Source: Planctomycetota bacterium | GTDB taxonomy: Bacteria; Planctomycetota; SZUA-567; H5-PLA8 | Assembly: GCA_045863855.1 (NCBI GenBank) | Contig: BTVV01000096.1 | Location: forward strand, 1-24,124 | DNA: 24,124 nucleotides | Direction: 5' to 3' | In this document: positions 1 through 7,434 of the stretch, one piece after another | Position numbering within the stretch: position 1 is the first letter of the stretch | How the letters are laid out: every line of letters starts with the position of its first letter | Translations under genes and position numbers: made by a program | Notes under the pieces: generated by a model | What the model was told of the DNA's origin: nothing | Database searches by the model: none | The model's input: only the letters and a program-made list of their open reading frames with translations

Positions 1-2
1 CG

Positions 3-3000
3 CTGGGCCAAGCCTGCGTTCAGCTCCCCGAAGGTCACGGGATTGTTTTCCCGGGCGGCTATTACCTGCAAACCGGAGAATGGAAGCAGTACGACGAGAA
101 CGTGACGGGCCTGCAATTTCAGCGCGTCATCCGCTCGCCCAATGGTGAGGATGTACTGTTCGTCTTTTACGCGCGCAATCCGGGCCGCTACGCGCTTCTG
201 CATTACAATCTGATTGAAAAGAAGATCTCGACGCCGATCGGCTGCCTGGGTTACTCGCGCTACGACGATGGTAAACTGGTGGTCGCGACGAACGGCCAGC
301 ACGAACCCTCGCGCAGCCACCCCGTGCAGATTTGGCAGACCCCGTTTTATGGCGAGGCCTACGAGCCGCCGCATCGCTCGGACAGTTACTTGGCAAAACT
401 CGGCAACCGTGATCTGGTCCTCGGCATTTCCGATCTTCTGACCTTGGCACGGCAGGCGCAGGGCGAACTGGAGTCCCTTACGGCATTCCAAGCGCTCGTA
501 CGGCAGGCGCAAGGCCTGCTCGACCGATTCCACTGGCTTGAGCACGACGAGTGCGGAGCGCTGGCCGGGTTAGTACGCGCGGTTCGCGACGCGGGAAACG
601 CGGCGCTGGAAGAATTCGAGAAGGTGCAGGCCATCCGCCGCAATTCGCTCGGACAAATCGAGGCCTTCTCCGCGGAGCTGGATAGCCTGCTGACGGATGC
701 CGCGGGCGCCGGCGCGGAAGACATGCAAGCGCATACGCTGGCGTTGGGCCGATTGCGCGCGGCACGCGGGCGCTGCATCTCTTTGCGCGAACTGCGCTAC
801 GCCGATCTGCCGAAACTGGATGCGCTGGAATCGCGCCTCCTGGAACGACACGACTCGCTTGCCGCGCGTACGGTCGAACTGTTGCTACGCCCCAATGCGC
901 TGGCCGCGCAGATCGCCCGGATCGAATCATTGCATGCACAGATCGCGCCGTTGACCAAAGGGGTGGAGGCCGCGCCGCTCAAGGCGAGCCTGGTTGAACT
1001 GGGCGGCGGCCTCGACCTGCTCGCGGAACTGGTCAACACGCTCAAGATCGAGGATCCGACGCAACGGACGCAGATCGTCGAAGCCCTGAGCGAGGCGTAC
1101 GCGTTACTGAATCGGAGTAAGGCTGCGTTAGCTGCGCGCTTGCAGGATTTGGCAGGAAGGGAATCGGCGGCCGAATTTGCGGCGCAAATCAAACTCCTCG
1201 CGCAGGGGCTCTCGAACTACCTCGCACTATGCGAGACGCCGGAGAAATGCGACGACCTGCTCGCGCGCTTGCTGGTGCAGGCGGAGGAACTGGAGGCGAA
1301 GTTCGCCGCCGCACCAGAATACGCGGAGCGAATCGCGGCGAAGCGTGACGAGATCGCGCAGGCTTTCGCCGCGCGCAAGCAGGCCCTTCTAGACAAGCGC
1401 CAACAGCGCTGTGCCGGGCTGGCGGCGGCCGTGGAGCGCGTACTGCTGGGCGTGCGTCGGCGGGCCTCGGCTTTCGAAGGCGCTGACGCGCTGAACGCCT
1501 ACTTCGCTTCCGACCCGATGGTGCAGAAAGCGCGCGAGCAGATCGCGGCACTGCGTGAGCTGGGCGATAGCGTCAAGGCAGACGACCTTGAAGCGAAGCT
1601 CAAGAGCCTGCGCCAGGAAGCCGACCGCGACTTGCGCGATCGCCTGGATCTCTTTGCCGACGGTGCGCAGCTTATTCGCTTCGGCGAGCACCGCTTCACG
1701 GTCAATACGCAGCCGCTCGATTTGAGCCTGCTGGCGCGCGAAGACGGGCTGTACCTGCACGTGACCGGCACGGATCTCGCACGGCGCGTGGACAATCCGG
1801 GTCTCTCCGAGGCCCGCGCGTTCTGGAACCAGGAATTGCCCAGCGAAAACGCGGATGTATACCGCGGCGCATATCTGGCGTGGAAGCTGCTCGACGAGGC
1901 CGCTCGCGGCGGAGGCCTGGAGGCTCTGCGGAGCGCCGCAGCGCAGGGCACGCTCGCCGCCAAGGTGCGCGATGCTGCGCGCGAACGTTACGACGAAGGT
2001 TACGAGCGCGGTGTTCACGACACCGACGCAGCGGCAATCCTGGCCGCACTGCTCGAGGCCCGCGACCGCTGCGGATTGCTTCGTTTCACTCCGTACGCTC
2101 GTATTCCCGCGGCCTTGTACTGGGCAAACCTGAAGGACGAACAGCGCCGCGAGCGTTTCCGTCGGCAAGCGGCGAGTCTGGGCCAGGTACGCGCACAGGC
2201 TCCGGGAGCGGAAACAGGTCTGCTTGAGCGGCTTGAGCGTGAATTGGATGCCTTCCTGAAGGCCGCGAACGTGCCCTGCGCGGTTGACGACCGTCGCGAC
2301 GCGGCGGCGTACCTCTTCGAGGAACTGTGCGCGGGATCCTCAGGATTCGTGGTTTCGCGCGAGGCGAAGGAATTGTTAGTAGCCAGCCTCGAAGCTTGGT
2401 TGGCGCGAGGCTTGAAATCGCAACTACTGGCGGATCTGGAAGCGCTGCGCGAAGCACCAGGTGAAGCTTTTGAACTTGCGCGCGCTTGGGTGAGCGCCTT
2501 CGCGGCCGAGCGGAGCGCCGGAGACACGGAGGAAGCCCGCTTCGAGGCAGCCGGTCTGCTCCTTATGAACGGGCATCTCTCGCTAACTCAAGATGCTGCG
2601 CCGATTGAAGTACAGGTTGCGGGACTATTAGGGCAGCACAGCGCGATCGAAGGCGGCGCGCTTACGTTTAGGCTCGACGCATTTCTCAAACGGCTTGTGC
2701 GCTTCGAAGCCGAGGAGCGACCCGCCTATCTGCGCTACCGCGCCGCTCGGCAAGCTTTTCTCGACCGCGAACGCGAACGGATGCGGTTGGAGGACTTTAA
2801 AGCCAAGCCGCTGACCACTTTCGTTCGCAACAAGTTGATCGATCAGGTCTACCTCCCGCTGATCGGCCGAAATCTCGCCAAACAAATCGGCGAAGCCGGA
2901 GAGAACAAGCGAACCGACTTGATGGGCCTGCTCCTTTTGATCTCCCCGCCGGGCTACGGCAAGACCACGCTGATGGAATACGTCGCGCAGCGGCTGGGGC

Positions 3001-4421
3001 TGATCTTCATGAAGGTCAACGGTCCCGCGCTGGGCCACCAAGTCGTCTCGCTCGATCCGGCCGAAGCCCCCGACGCGACCAGCCGGGCCGAAGTCGAAAA
3101 GCTGAACCTCGCCTTCGAGATGGGCAACAACACGATGGTGTATTTGGACGACATCCAGCATTTGAGTCCGGAATTACTCCAGAAATTCATCTCCCTTTGC
3201 GACGCGCAGCGCAAAATCGAAGGCGTTTGCAACGGCAAACCTCGCACGTACGACCTGCGCGGAAAAAAAGTCGTGGTGGTAATGGCCGGAAATCCATACA
3301 CCGAAAGCGGCGCGCGCTTTCGTATCCCGGACATGCTCGCCAACCGCGCCGATACCTACAATTTGGGAGATATCATCGGTGGACGGCAGGATCTTTTCGA
3401 ACTGAGTTATATCGAGAACGCAGTAACGAGCAGCCCGGTGCTGCGCCCACTGGCCGGCCGAGCGCCGCAGGATCTGCACAAGCTGATCGAGTTGGCGGAC
3501 GGAGGCGAGGCGAAAGAGTCGGATTTGGGGCACGCCTACTCTGGCGCAGAGCTGCGCGAATTCGTCGATACGTTGCGCAAGCTGCGGACCGTGCAGCGTA
3601 CGGTGCTGAAAGTAAATCAGGCGTACATCGCGTCGGCCGCACAGAGCGACGACTTCCGCACCGAGCCGTCGTTTAAGCTCCAGGGCAGTTACCGCGACAT
3701 GAACAAGATGGCCGCGCGCGTTCTGCCGGTGCTCAGCGCCGACGAACTGGAGCGGGTGATCGCCGACCACTACGCCAGCGAATCCCAGACGCTTACCCAA
3801 GGCGCGGAGCACAACCTGCTCAAACTTGCCGAACTGCGCGGCATGCAAGATGACGTTCAGCGTGCGCGCTGGGATGAGATCAAGCGGACCTTCAAGCGGC
3901 GGCAAGCGCTATTCGGGCTGGACCAGGACGATAAGACCGCGCACGTGATCTCGCAGCTCGGATCGTTCAACGAGAATCTCGAACGCATCCGCGAGGCGGT
4001 GGCCGCCGCGGGCACCCAGCGCGATGAAGGCGCGCTGCCGGCGGTCCTCGAACGAATGGGCACCGTGCTTGAAGGGTTGGCTCAAGCGCGTAGCGAATCG
4101 GACGAAGCGATGCGGGCAAATCTGGGGAAGCTCGCCACGGGGGCCGAAACGGCCCCGGCAAAGATCGAGATTGTCAACACGCTGCCGCGCTATTATGGGA
4201 ATCTGTACAAGCATCATATCGACGTGATCGAAGGCGTCCTGATCCCTCTGATCCAAAGTCTGAAACTCCAGTCCGAAGAAGCTCAGCGTTCTCGTGCGCT
4301 GCTTGATGAAGTCTCGAAAGCATTGCGCGAGCTGCTGACCCGCCACGAGACGATCGCTCTGGACCGGCACACTGCGAGCCGAATCGAGGAAGAGCCTGTC
4401 GAGCGCGATCCAGCCGGCTGA
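3..4421 (+). CDS. Large AAA+ ATPase, DUF3686 family (often annotated 'DNA repair ATPase'); 5' end lies outside the window
   Basis: Frame is open from base 3 (LGQACVQLPEGHGIVFPGGYYLQTGE), so GTG at 102 is internal. Contains 'HPVQIWQTPF', a long coiled-coil region, Walker A 'LLLLISPPGYGKTT', Walker B 'MVYLDDIQH', then 'MAGNPYTESG', 'PDMLANRADTYNLGD' and 'FKLQGSYR', motifs I recognise from this family. Confidence 0.88.
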   Translation: MGQACVQLPEGHGIVFPGGYYLQTGEWKQYDENVTGLQFQRVIRSPNGEDVLFVFYARNPGRYALLHYNLIEKKISTPIGCLGYSRYDDGKLVVATNGQHEPSRSHPVQIWQTPFYGEAYEPPHRSDSYLAKLGNRDLVLGISDLLTLARQAQGELESLTAFQALVRQAQGLLDRFHWLEHDECGALAGLVRAVRDAGNAALEEFEKVQAIRRNSLGQIEAFSAELDSLLTDAAGAGAEDMQAHTLALGRLRAARGRCISLRELRYADLPKLDALESRLLERHDSLAARTVELLLRPNALAAQIARIESLHAQIAPLTKGVEAAPLKASLVELGGGLDLLAELVNTLKIEDPTQRTQIVEALSEAYALLNRSKAALAARLQDLAGRESAAEFAAQIKLLAQGLSNYLALCETPEKCDDLLARLLVQAEELEAKFAAAPEYAERIAAKRDEIAQAFAARKQALLDKRQQRCAGLAAAVERVLLGVRRRASAFEGADALNAYFASDPMVQKAREQIAALRELGDSVKADDLEAKLKSLRQEADRDLRDRLDLFADGAQLIRFGEHRFTVNTQPLDLSLLAREDGLYLHVTGTDLARRVDNPGLSEARAFWNQELPSENADVYRGAYLAWKLLDEAARGGGLEALRSAAAQGTLAAKVRDAARERYDEGYERGVHDTDAAAILAALLEARDRCGLLRFTPYARIPAALYWANLKDEQRRERFRRQAASLGQVRAQAPGAETGLLERLERELDAFLKAANVPCAVDDRRDAAAYLFEELCAGSSGFVVSREAKELLVASLEAWLARGLKSQLLADLEALREAPGEAFELARAWVSAFAAERSAGDTEEARFEAAGLLLMNGHLSLTQDAAPIEVQVAGLLGQHSAIEGGALTFRLDAFLKRLVRFEAEERPAYLRYRAARQAFLDRERERMRLEDFKAKPLTTFVRNKLIDQVYLPLIGRNLAKQIGEAGENKRTDLMGLLLLISPPGYGKTTLMEYVAQRLGLIFMKVNGPALGHQVVSLDPAEAPDATSRAEVEKLNLAFEMGNNTMVYLDDIQHLSPELLQKFISLCDAQRKIEGVCNGKPRTYDLRGKKVVVVMAGNPYTESGARFRIPDMLANRADTYNLGDIIGGRQDLFELSYIENAVTSSPVLRPLAGRAPQDLHKLIELADGGEAKESDLGHAYSGAELREFVDTLRKLRTVQRTVLKVNQAYIASAAQSDDFRTEPSFKLQGSYRDMNKMAARVLPVLSADELERVIADHYASESQTLTQGAEHNLLKLAELRGMQDDVQRARWDEIKRTFKRRQALFGLDQDDKTAHVISQLGSFNENLERIREAVAAAGTQRDEGALPAVLERMGTVLEGLAQARSESDEAMRANLGKLATGAETAPAKIEIVNTLPRYYGNLYKHHIDVIEGVLIPLIQSLKLQSEEAQRSRALLDEVSKALRELLTRHETIALDRHTASRIEEEPVERDPAG

Positions 4422-4441
4422 TCGCCGCAAAGGCACTCGCG

Positions 4442-4597
4442 TACGCATTTTCGCTTGTCCTATTTTTGGAATCGTAGGGAGGCTGAGATGGCGAGGGCTT
4501 CCACGTTGGCGTCGTACGTCTAATTCTAAAACGCTAGTTCAAACTCATTTCCATTCGCAATTGCCGATGTCTGCAAGCAGGACAATAGAGATGCGTA
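4442..4597 (+). other. Long imperfect hairpin (candidate structured RNA or decayed palindrome)
   Basis: Nested pairing found by hand: 4442-4461 with 4579-4597, 4463-4474 with 4565-4577, 4482-4491 with 4551-4558, and 4505-4512 with 4531-4538. Many G-U pairs on the + strand. Confidence 0.4.
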
Positions 4598-4705
4598 AAT
4601 GATAAACGCCCTGCCAGTGACCGTGGATGACCTTGTCGATCTACCGAGGTGTTTCGCGGGAGAGTTCGAGGATCAATTTGTGCGCAAGCCTACTCAAGGC
4701 CACTT

Positions 4706-4932
4706 TCATTCGTTCCTGGCCTTCGACAGCGCACCTTCGCTCGTCCCGCTCGCTTGCCATTCGTGGATCCGTTCCGCCCACCACGCCGACTGCGACGCCA
4801 CATCCGCGAACTCCGAAACCGACGATGGCCCCGGCAACGACCCCGATGAGCTCATCTCCGCACCCCCGAAACCAGGGTGTGGGGTTTCGCGCAACTACGA
4901 CAAAGGGGAAGATGGGATAATAGAACGCTTAC
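4706..4932 (-). mobile_element. IS66-family remnant: left end plus truncated tnpA (orfA)
   Basis: Minus strand from 4932 reads GTAAGCGTTCTATTATCCCATCT, an IS66-like terminus. ATG at 4855 opens 'MSSSG...SAWWAERIHEWQASGTSEGALSK', resembling the IS66 TnpA N-terminal 'W..I..W..SG.S' motif, and stops early at 4706. No tnpB/tnpC, right IR or target duplication found. Confidence 0.6.
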
Positions 4933-4995
4933 GTATATCCTCAGAAGGCCACGGCTTTTATCCTTCCTCCTATTCATGGAAACTCATGTGCCATC

Positions 4996-5024
4996 TCGAA
5001 ACTTGAGTTTCGATCTGCTAGAAT
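4996..5024 (+). promoter_or_regulatory. Putative extended -10 promoter overlapped by an 18-bp palindromic operator
   Basis: TG-C-TAGAAT at 5016-5024 ends 8 nt before ATG 5033. TCGAAA lies 17 bp upstream of the -10 hexamer. The palindrome TCGAAACT-TG-AGTTTCGA spans 4996-5013. Confidence 0.5.
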
Positions 5025-5032
5025 GGACCTAT

Positions 5033-6334
5033 ATGGCAGCATCATCTTGCCGTTTATGCGGCACGTCTCTGGGTGGCTCCGAACGCATCCGTCGCGACGC
5101 GGGGAGTGCATCTGACAACGCGGGGCTCTGCGCGAAATGCGCCGGCGCTGTCGAAGCCGAGTCGCGGTTCTATTTCTGCGAAAAGTGCGGAAAACGGATC
5201 ACGCAGGGCGACCTGACGCGAGGCGAAGGGCGCGACAAGAAAGTCATGGGTGTATTCTGCCGGGAGTGCGCCGAGACTGTACTCACCGTCGAGTTCTCCG
5301 CGCTTTCACAGGCCAGCGCCTTGGAGATCATCAAAGCCAACGAATCGCAGCGACAGGACGCGCCGACTTCCGAAATGCCCTCTTTGGCTGCACCCAAAAA
5401 GCGGCCCACATCAAAGATCCGCCCCGCATCCTCAAGCAGCTCGGCTCGCATCTCCCGGCGCGAGATCGCCGGCGCTCGCGCTCAAGACGGTTCCACTGCG
5501 TGGATGGCCATGGGCAGCATCGGCGCAGGAATCGGCATCTCGATCTTGCTGCTTCTGGCCTTCTCGGACGGCCCCACGCCCAATCCTCGCCGGTCCGCCG
5601 AGAATCGCGCGGAGCTTCCGCGCGAACCCCGCGCCGCTCCCGCCGTCGAACCCGCACAGACTCCGGCGCCGCCCCGGACGCCGCCCGAGACCGAAGCCGC
5701 AGTTCACAGGCCGCTTCCCGAATCCACGGCGACGGGTGCCGTTTCTGTGACACTCCAGGACGGGCTGGAGGGCTACAGCGGCACCCGGGACACTTACCTG
5801 GACGAGGATAAGTCGATCACGAGCCGGGGGCGCAGCGATGGCCTGCTGTCGGTCATAGCGCCTGGGAATAAACCGATGCGCACCACGCTCATCCGCTTCG
5901 CAATCTTCCAATCCGAAGGCGGTTCCGTGCCCGACGGCGCGCATGTAGAGTCGGCCACCTTGTCGCTCTATTTAAAAGAGTCCAGCACGCTAGGAATCGA
6001 AATAGCTCCGTCTCGTGTGCTCCGCCGCTGGAAAGAGCATGAGGCCAACGCTATCCATGCCGCGGCCGGAGTCCATTGGTCGAAGCCTCTTGCCCAGGAA
6101 ATGGGCACTGACATCGCTCCACCGGTGGACCCCCAGCATCGTTGCCCCAATAAGGCAGGATGGTTCCACCTGAATGTCACCGAAAGCGTGCGCGCCTTTG
6201 CCTCGGGTATAGCCAACGATGGTTGGCTACTCTATAGTAAGGATCCTCGTTACAATACGAAAACATTTCTAAGCCGGGAAGCCAAGGACGCGGATAAGCG
6301 GCCCAAGCTGGTGATTATATTCCGCCCGAAGTAA
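5033..6334 (+). CDS. Single-pass membrane protein: N-terminal 4x CxxC zinc-binding region, TM helix, Pro-rich linker, C-terminal DNRLRE (CBM96-like) domain (433 aa)
   Basis: CRLC, CAKC, CEKC and CREC motifs; hydrophobic 'AWMAMGSIGAGIGISILLLLAF'; PAPP-rich linker; 'VTLQDGLEGYSGTRDTYL...TLIRF...VESATLSLY...NDGWLL...SREA...RPKLVI'. Start placed at ATG 5033 because the track start (4877) lies inside the IS66 remnant. Confidence 0.85.
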   Translation: MAASSCRLCGTSLGGSERIRRDAGSASDNAGLCAKCAGAVEAESRFYFCEKCGKRITQGDLTRGEGRDKKVMGVFCRECAETVLTVEFSALSQASALEIIKANESQRQDAPTSEMPSLAAPKKRPTSKIRPASSSSSARISRREIAGARAQDGSTAWMAMGSIGAGIGISILLLLAFSDGPTPNPRRSAENRAELPREPRAAPAVEPAQTPAPPRTPPETEAAVHRPLPESTATGAVSVTLQDGLEGYSGTRDTYLDEDKSITSRGRSDGLLSVIAPGNKPMRTTLIRFAIFQSEGGSVPDGAHVESATLSLYLKESSTLGIEIAPSRVLRRWKEHEANAIHAAAGVHWSKPLAQEMGTDIAPPVDPQHRCPNKAGWFHLNVTESVRAFASGIANDGWLLYSKDPRYNTKTFLSREAKDADKRPKLVIIFRPK

Positions 6335-6365
6335 CGGTTCGAAGCGCGCTCCGAGGAATGCCCGC

Positions 6366-7283
6366 ATGTCCGTCCCTCTGCTTACGTTGCTTCGGGAGAC
6401 GATGCTTCCTGGGCTGGGGAAGTTGGAGTCCTGCAATTTGATCGTGCCCGGGGACCGAGGCAAGAAGAGCAAGCGGACTTTCCTGCCGCATCAGGAGCGA
6501 CTGGCCGCCACATCGGTCGTGCTGTATCCGTATCGCGCCGAGCACACGCTGGAATTCGCGTACTGCCTTTCCGGCCGGGCTGGCATGGTCCTGAACGACC
6601 GATTGTACGAAATGGAGCCCGGCGATCTGGCCGTCGTCCGACCGGGCACCAAGCACCAGGAACGCGTTATCCCCGGCGGAGGACCCTATGAACTGCTCTG
6701 GGTGATTGGCTACAACGAACGCATTACCTTTCACGTCTCGTCCTGGCTGGCCGAAAGCAAATTCACTCTATCGCCGGGCGCTTCGATCTCCCCGGTGGAG
6801 CCGTGGCTTTCGATGCTCGAGCGGGCCGCCGCGGAAACCCGCGAGAACCTGCCGGATTGGGCGGTGCTGGTACGCGCCCGGCTGAGCGAATGTTTCGCGC
6901 TCCTGTGCCGGCATATCGACCGGCACGGTTTGCCGCGCAGTCGAGTGGGCGAGCGCGCCGGTTCGATCCAACAGGCTCAAGCCTATATCCGGCAGCGCTA
7001 CTCGCGCGCGCTCTCGCTTCAGGCCGTGGCCGACCATGTGAGCCTAAGCCCCAACTACTTGAGCGCTCAATTCACCAAGACGGCGGGCATGACGGTCATG
7101 GCGTTCATCCGGGAGGTCCGCCTGGAAGAAGCCGAGCGCCTGCTCATCGGCAGCGACCTCTCCATAGCCGAGATCGGGCGTCGGATCGGCATCCGCGATC
7201 TGACCCACTTTGGGCGGCTATTCCGAGCACGCACGGGTCGTTCTCCACGCGCCTACCGCAAGGCGGTACAGCAGCCGAAGTAG
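6366..7283 (+). CDS. AraC family transcriptional regulator (cupin sensor plus double HTH)
   Basis: Cupin-like 'LEFAYCLSGRAGMVLNDRLYEMEPGDLAVVRPGTKH'; HTH 'LSLQAVADHVSLSPNYLSAQF...RLEEAERLL...SIAEIGRRIG...HFGRLFRARTGRSPRAYRK'. Start could alternatively be ATG 6402. Confidence 0.93.
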   Translation: MSVPLLTLLRETMLPGLGKLESCNLIVPGDRGKKSKRTFLPHQERLAATSVVLYPYRAEHTLEFAYCLSGRAGMVLNDRLYEMEPGDLAVVRPGTKHQERVIPGGGPYELLWVIGYNERITFHVSSWLAESKFTLSPGASISPVEPWLSMLERAAAETRENLPDWAVLVRARLSECFALLCRHIDRHGLPRSRVGERAGSIQQAQAYIRQRYSRALSLQAVADHVSLSPNYLSAQFTKTAGMTVMAFIREVRLEEAERLLIGSDLSIAEIGRRIGIRDLTHFGRLFRARTGRSPRAYRKAVQQPK

Positions 7284-7434
7284 TTCCCCTGCGCTCCTGA
7301 AAGCCGGCACGGTCGCGCGAGGCACTGCGTGGCGTAATCCAAGTCCAGTTTGAGGTACGAGGAGCGGAGAATCCGCAGAGTGAGCCCGTGTACTCTTGGC
7401 TAGGCCGTGCGCTCACTACTCTAAGGAGTCCAGC

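Noticed and set aside
4442..4597. Integron attC site, SRP RNA or c-di-AMP riboswitch as the identity of the hairpin
   Set aside because: No RYYYAAC/GTTRRRY ends, no SRP GGAA-loop motif, and only a short TTTTGG..AATC.GTAGGG resemblance to ydaO without its other conserved blocks.
4595..4932. Complete IS66-derived MITE using GTAA at 4595 as the second end
   Set aside because: Match to the left IR is limited to GTAA, and the 8-bp flanks (AGAGATGC versus GTATATCC) are not a target duplication.
4961..4981. 'SFLLFME' as the lost DUF3800 N-terminus (which would imply the island split the gene)
   Set aside because: Only about 6 residues, no start codon and no DESG motif; indistinguishable from chance without an alignment.
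4599..5006. 135-aa + strand ORF and overlapping 4627/4649 ORFs
   Set aside because: No recognisable motifs or RBS; they lie antisense to the IS66 remnant and are best explained as shadows.
4867..5013. GAAAC/GTTTC palindromes as CRISPR repeats
   Set aside because: Two dissimilar palindromes, no regular repeat-spacer period, and no cas genes.
4877..5032. N-terminal extension of the 485-aa ORF
   Set aside because: Runs through the IS end and the predicted promoter; protein-like sequence starts at ATG 5033.
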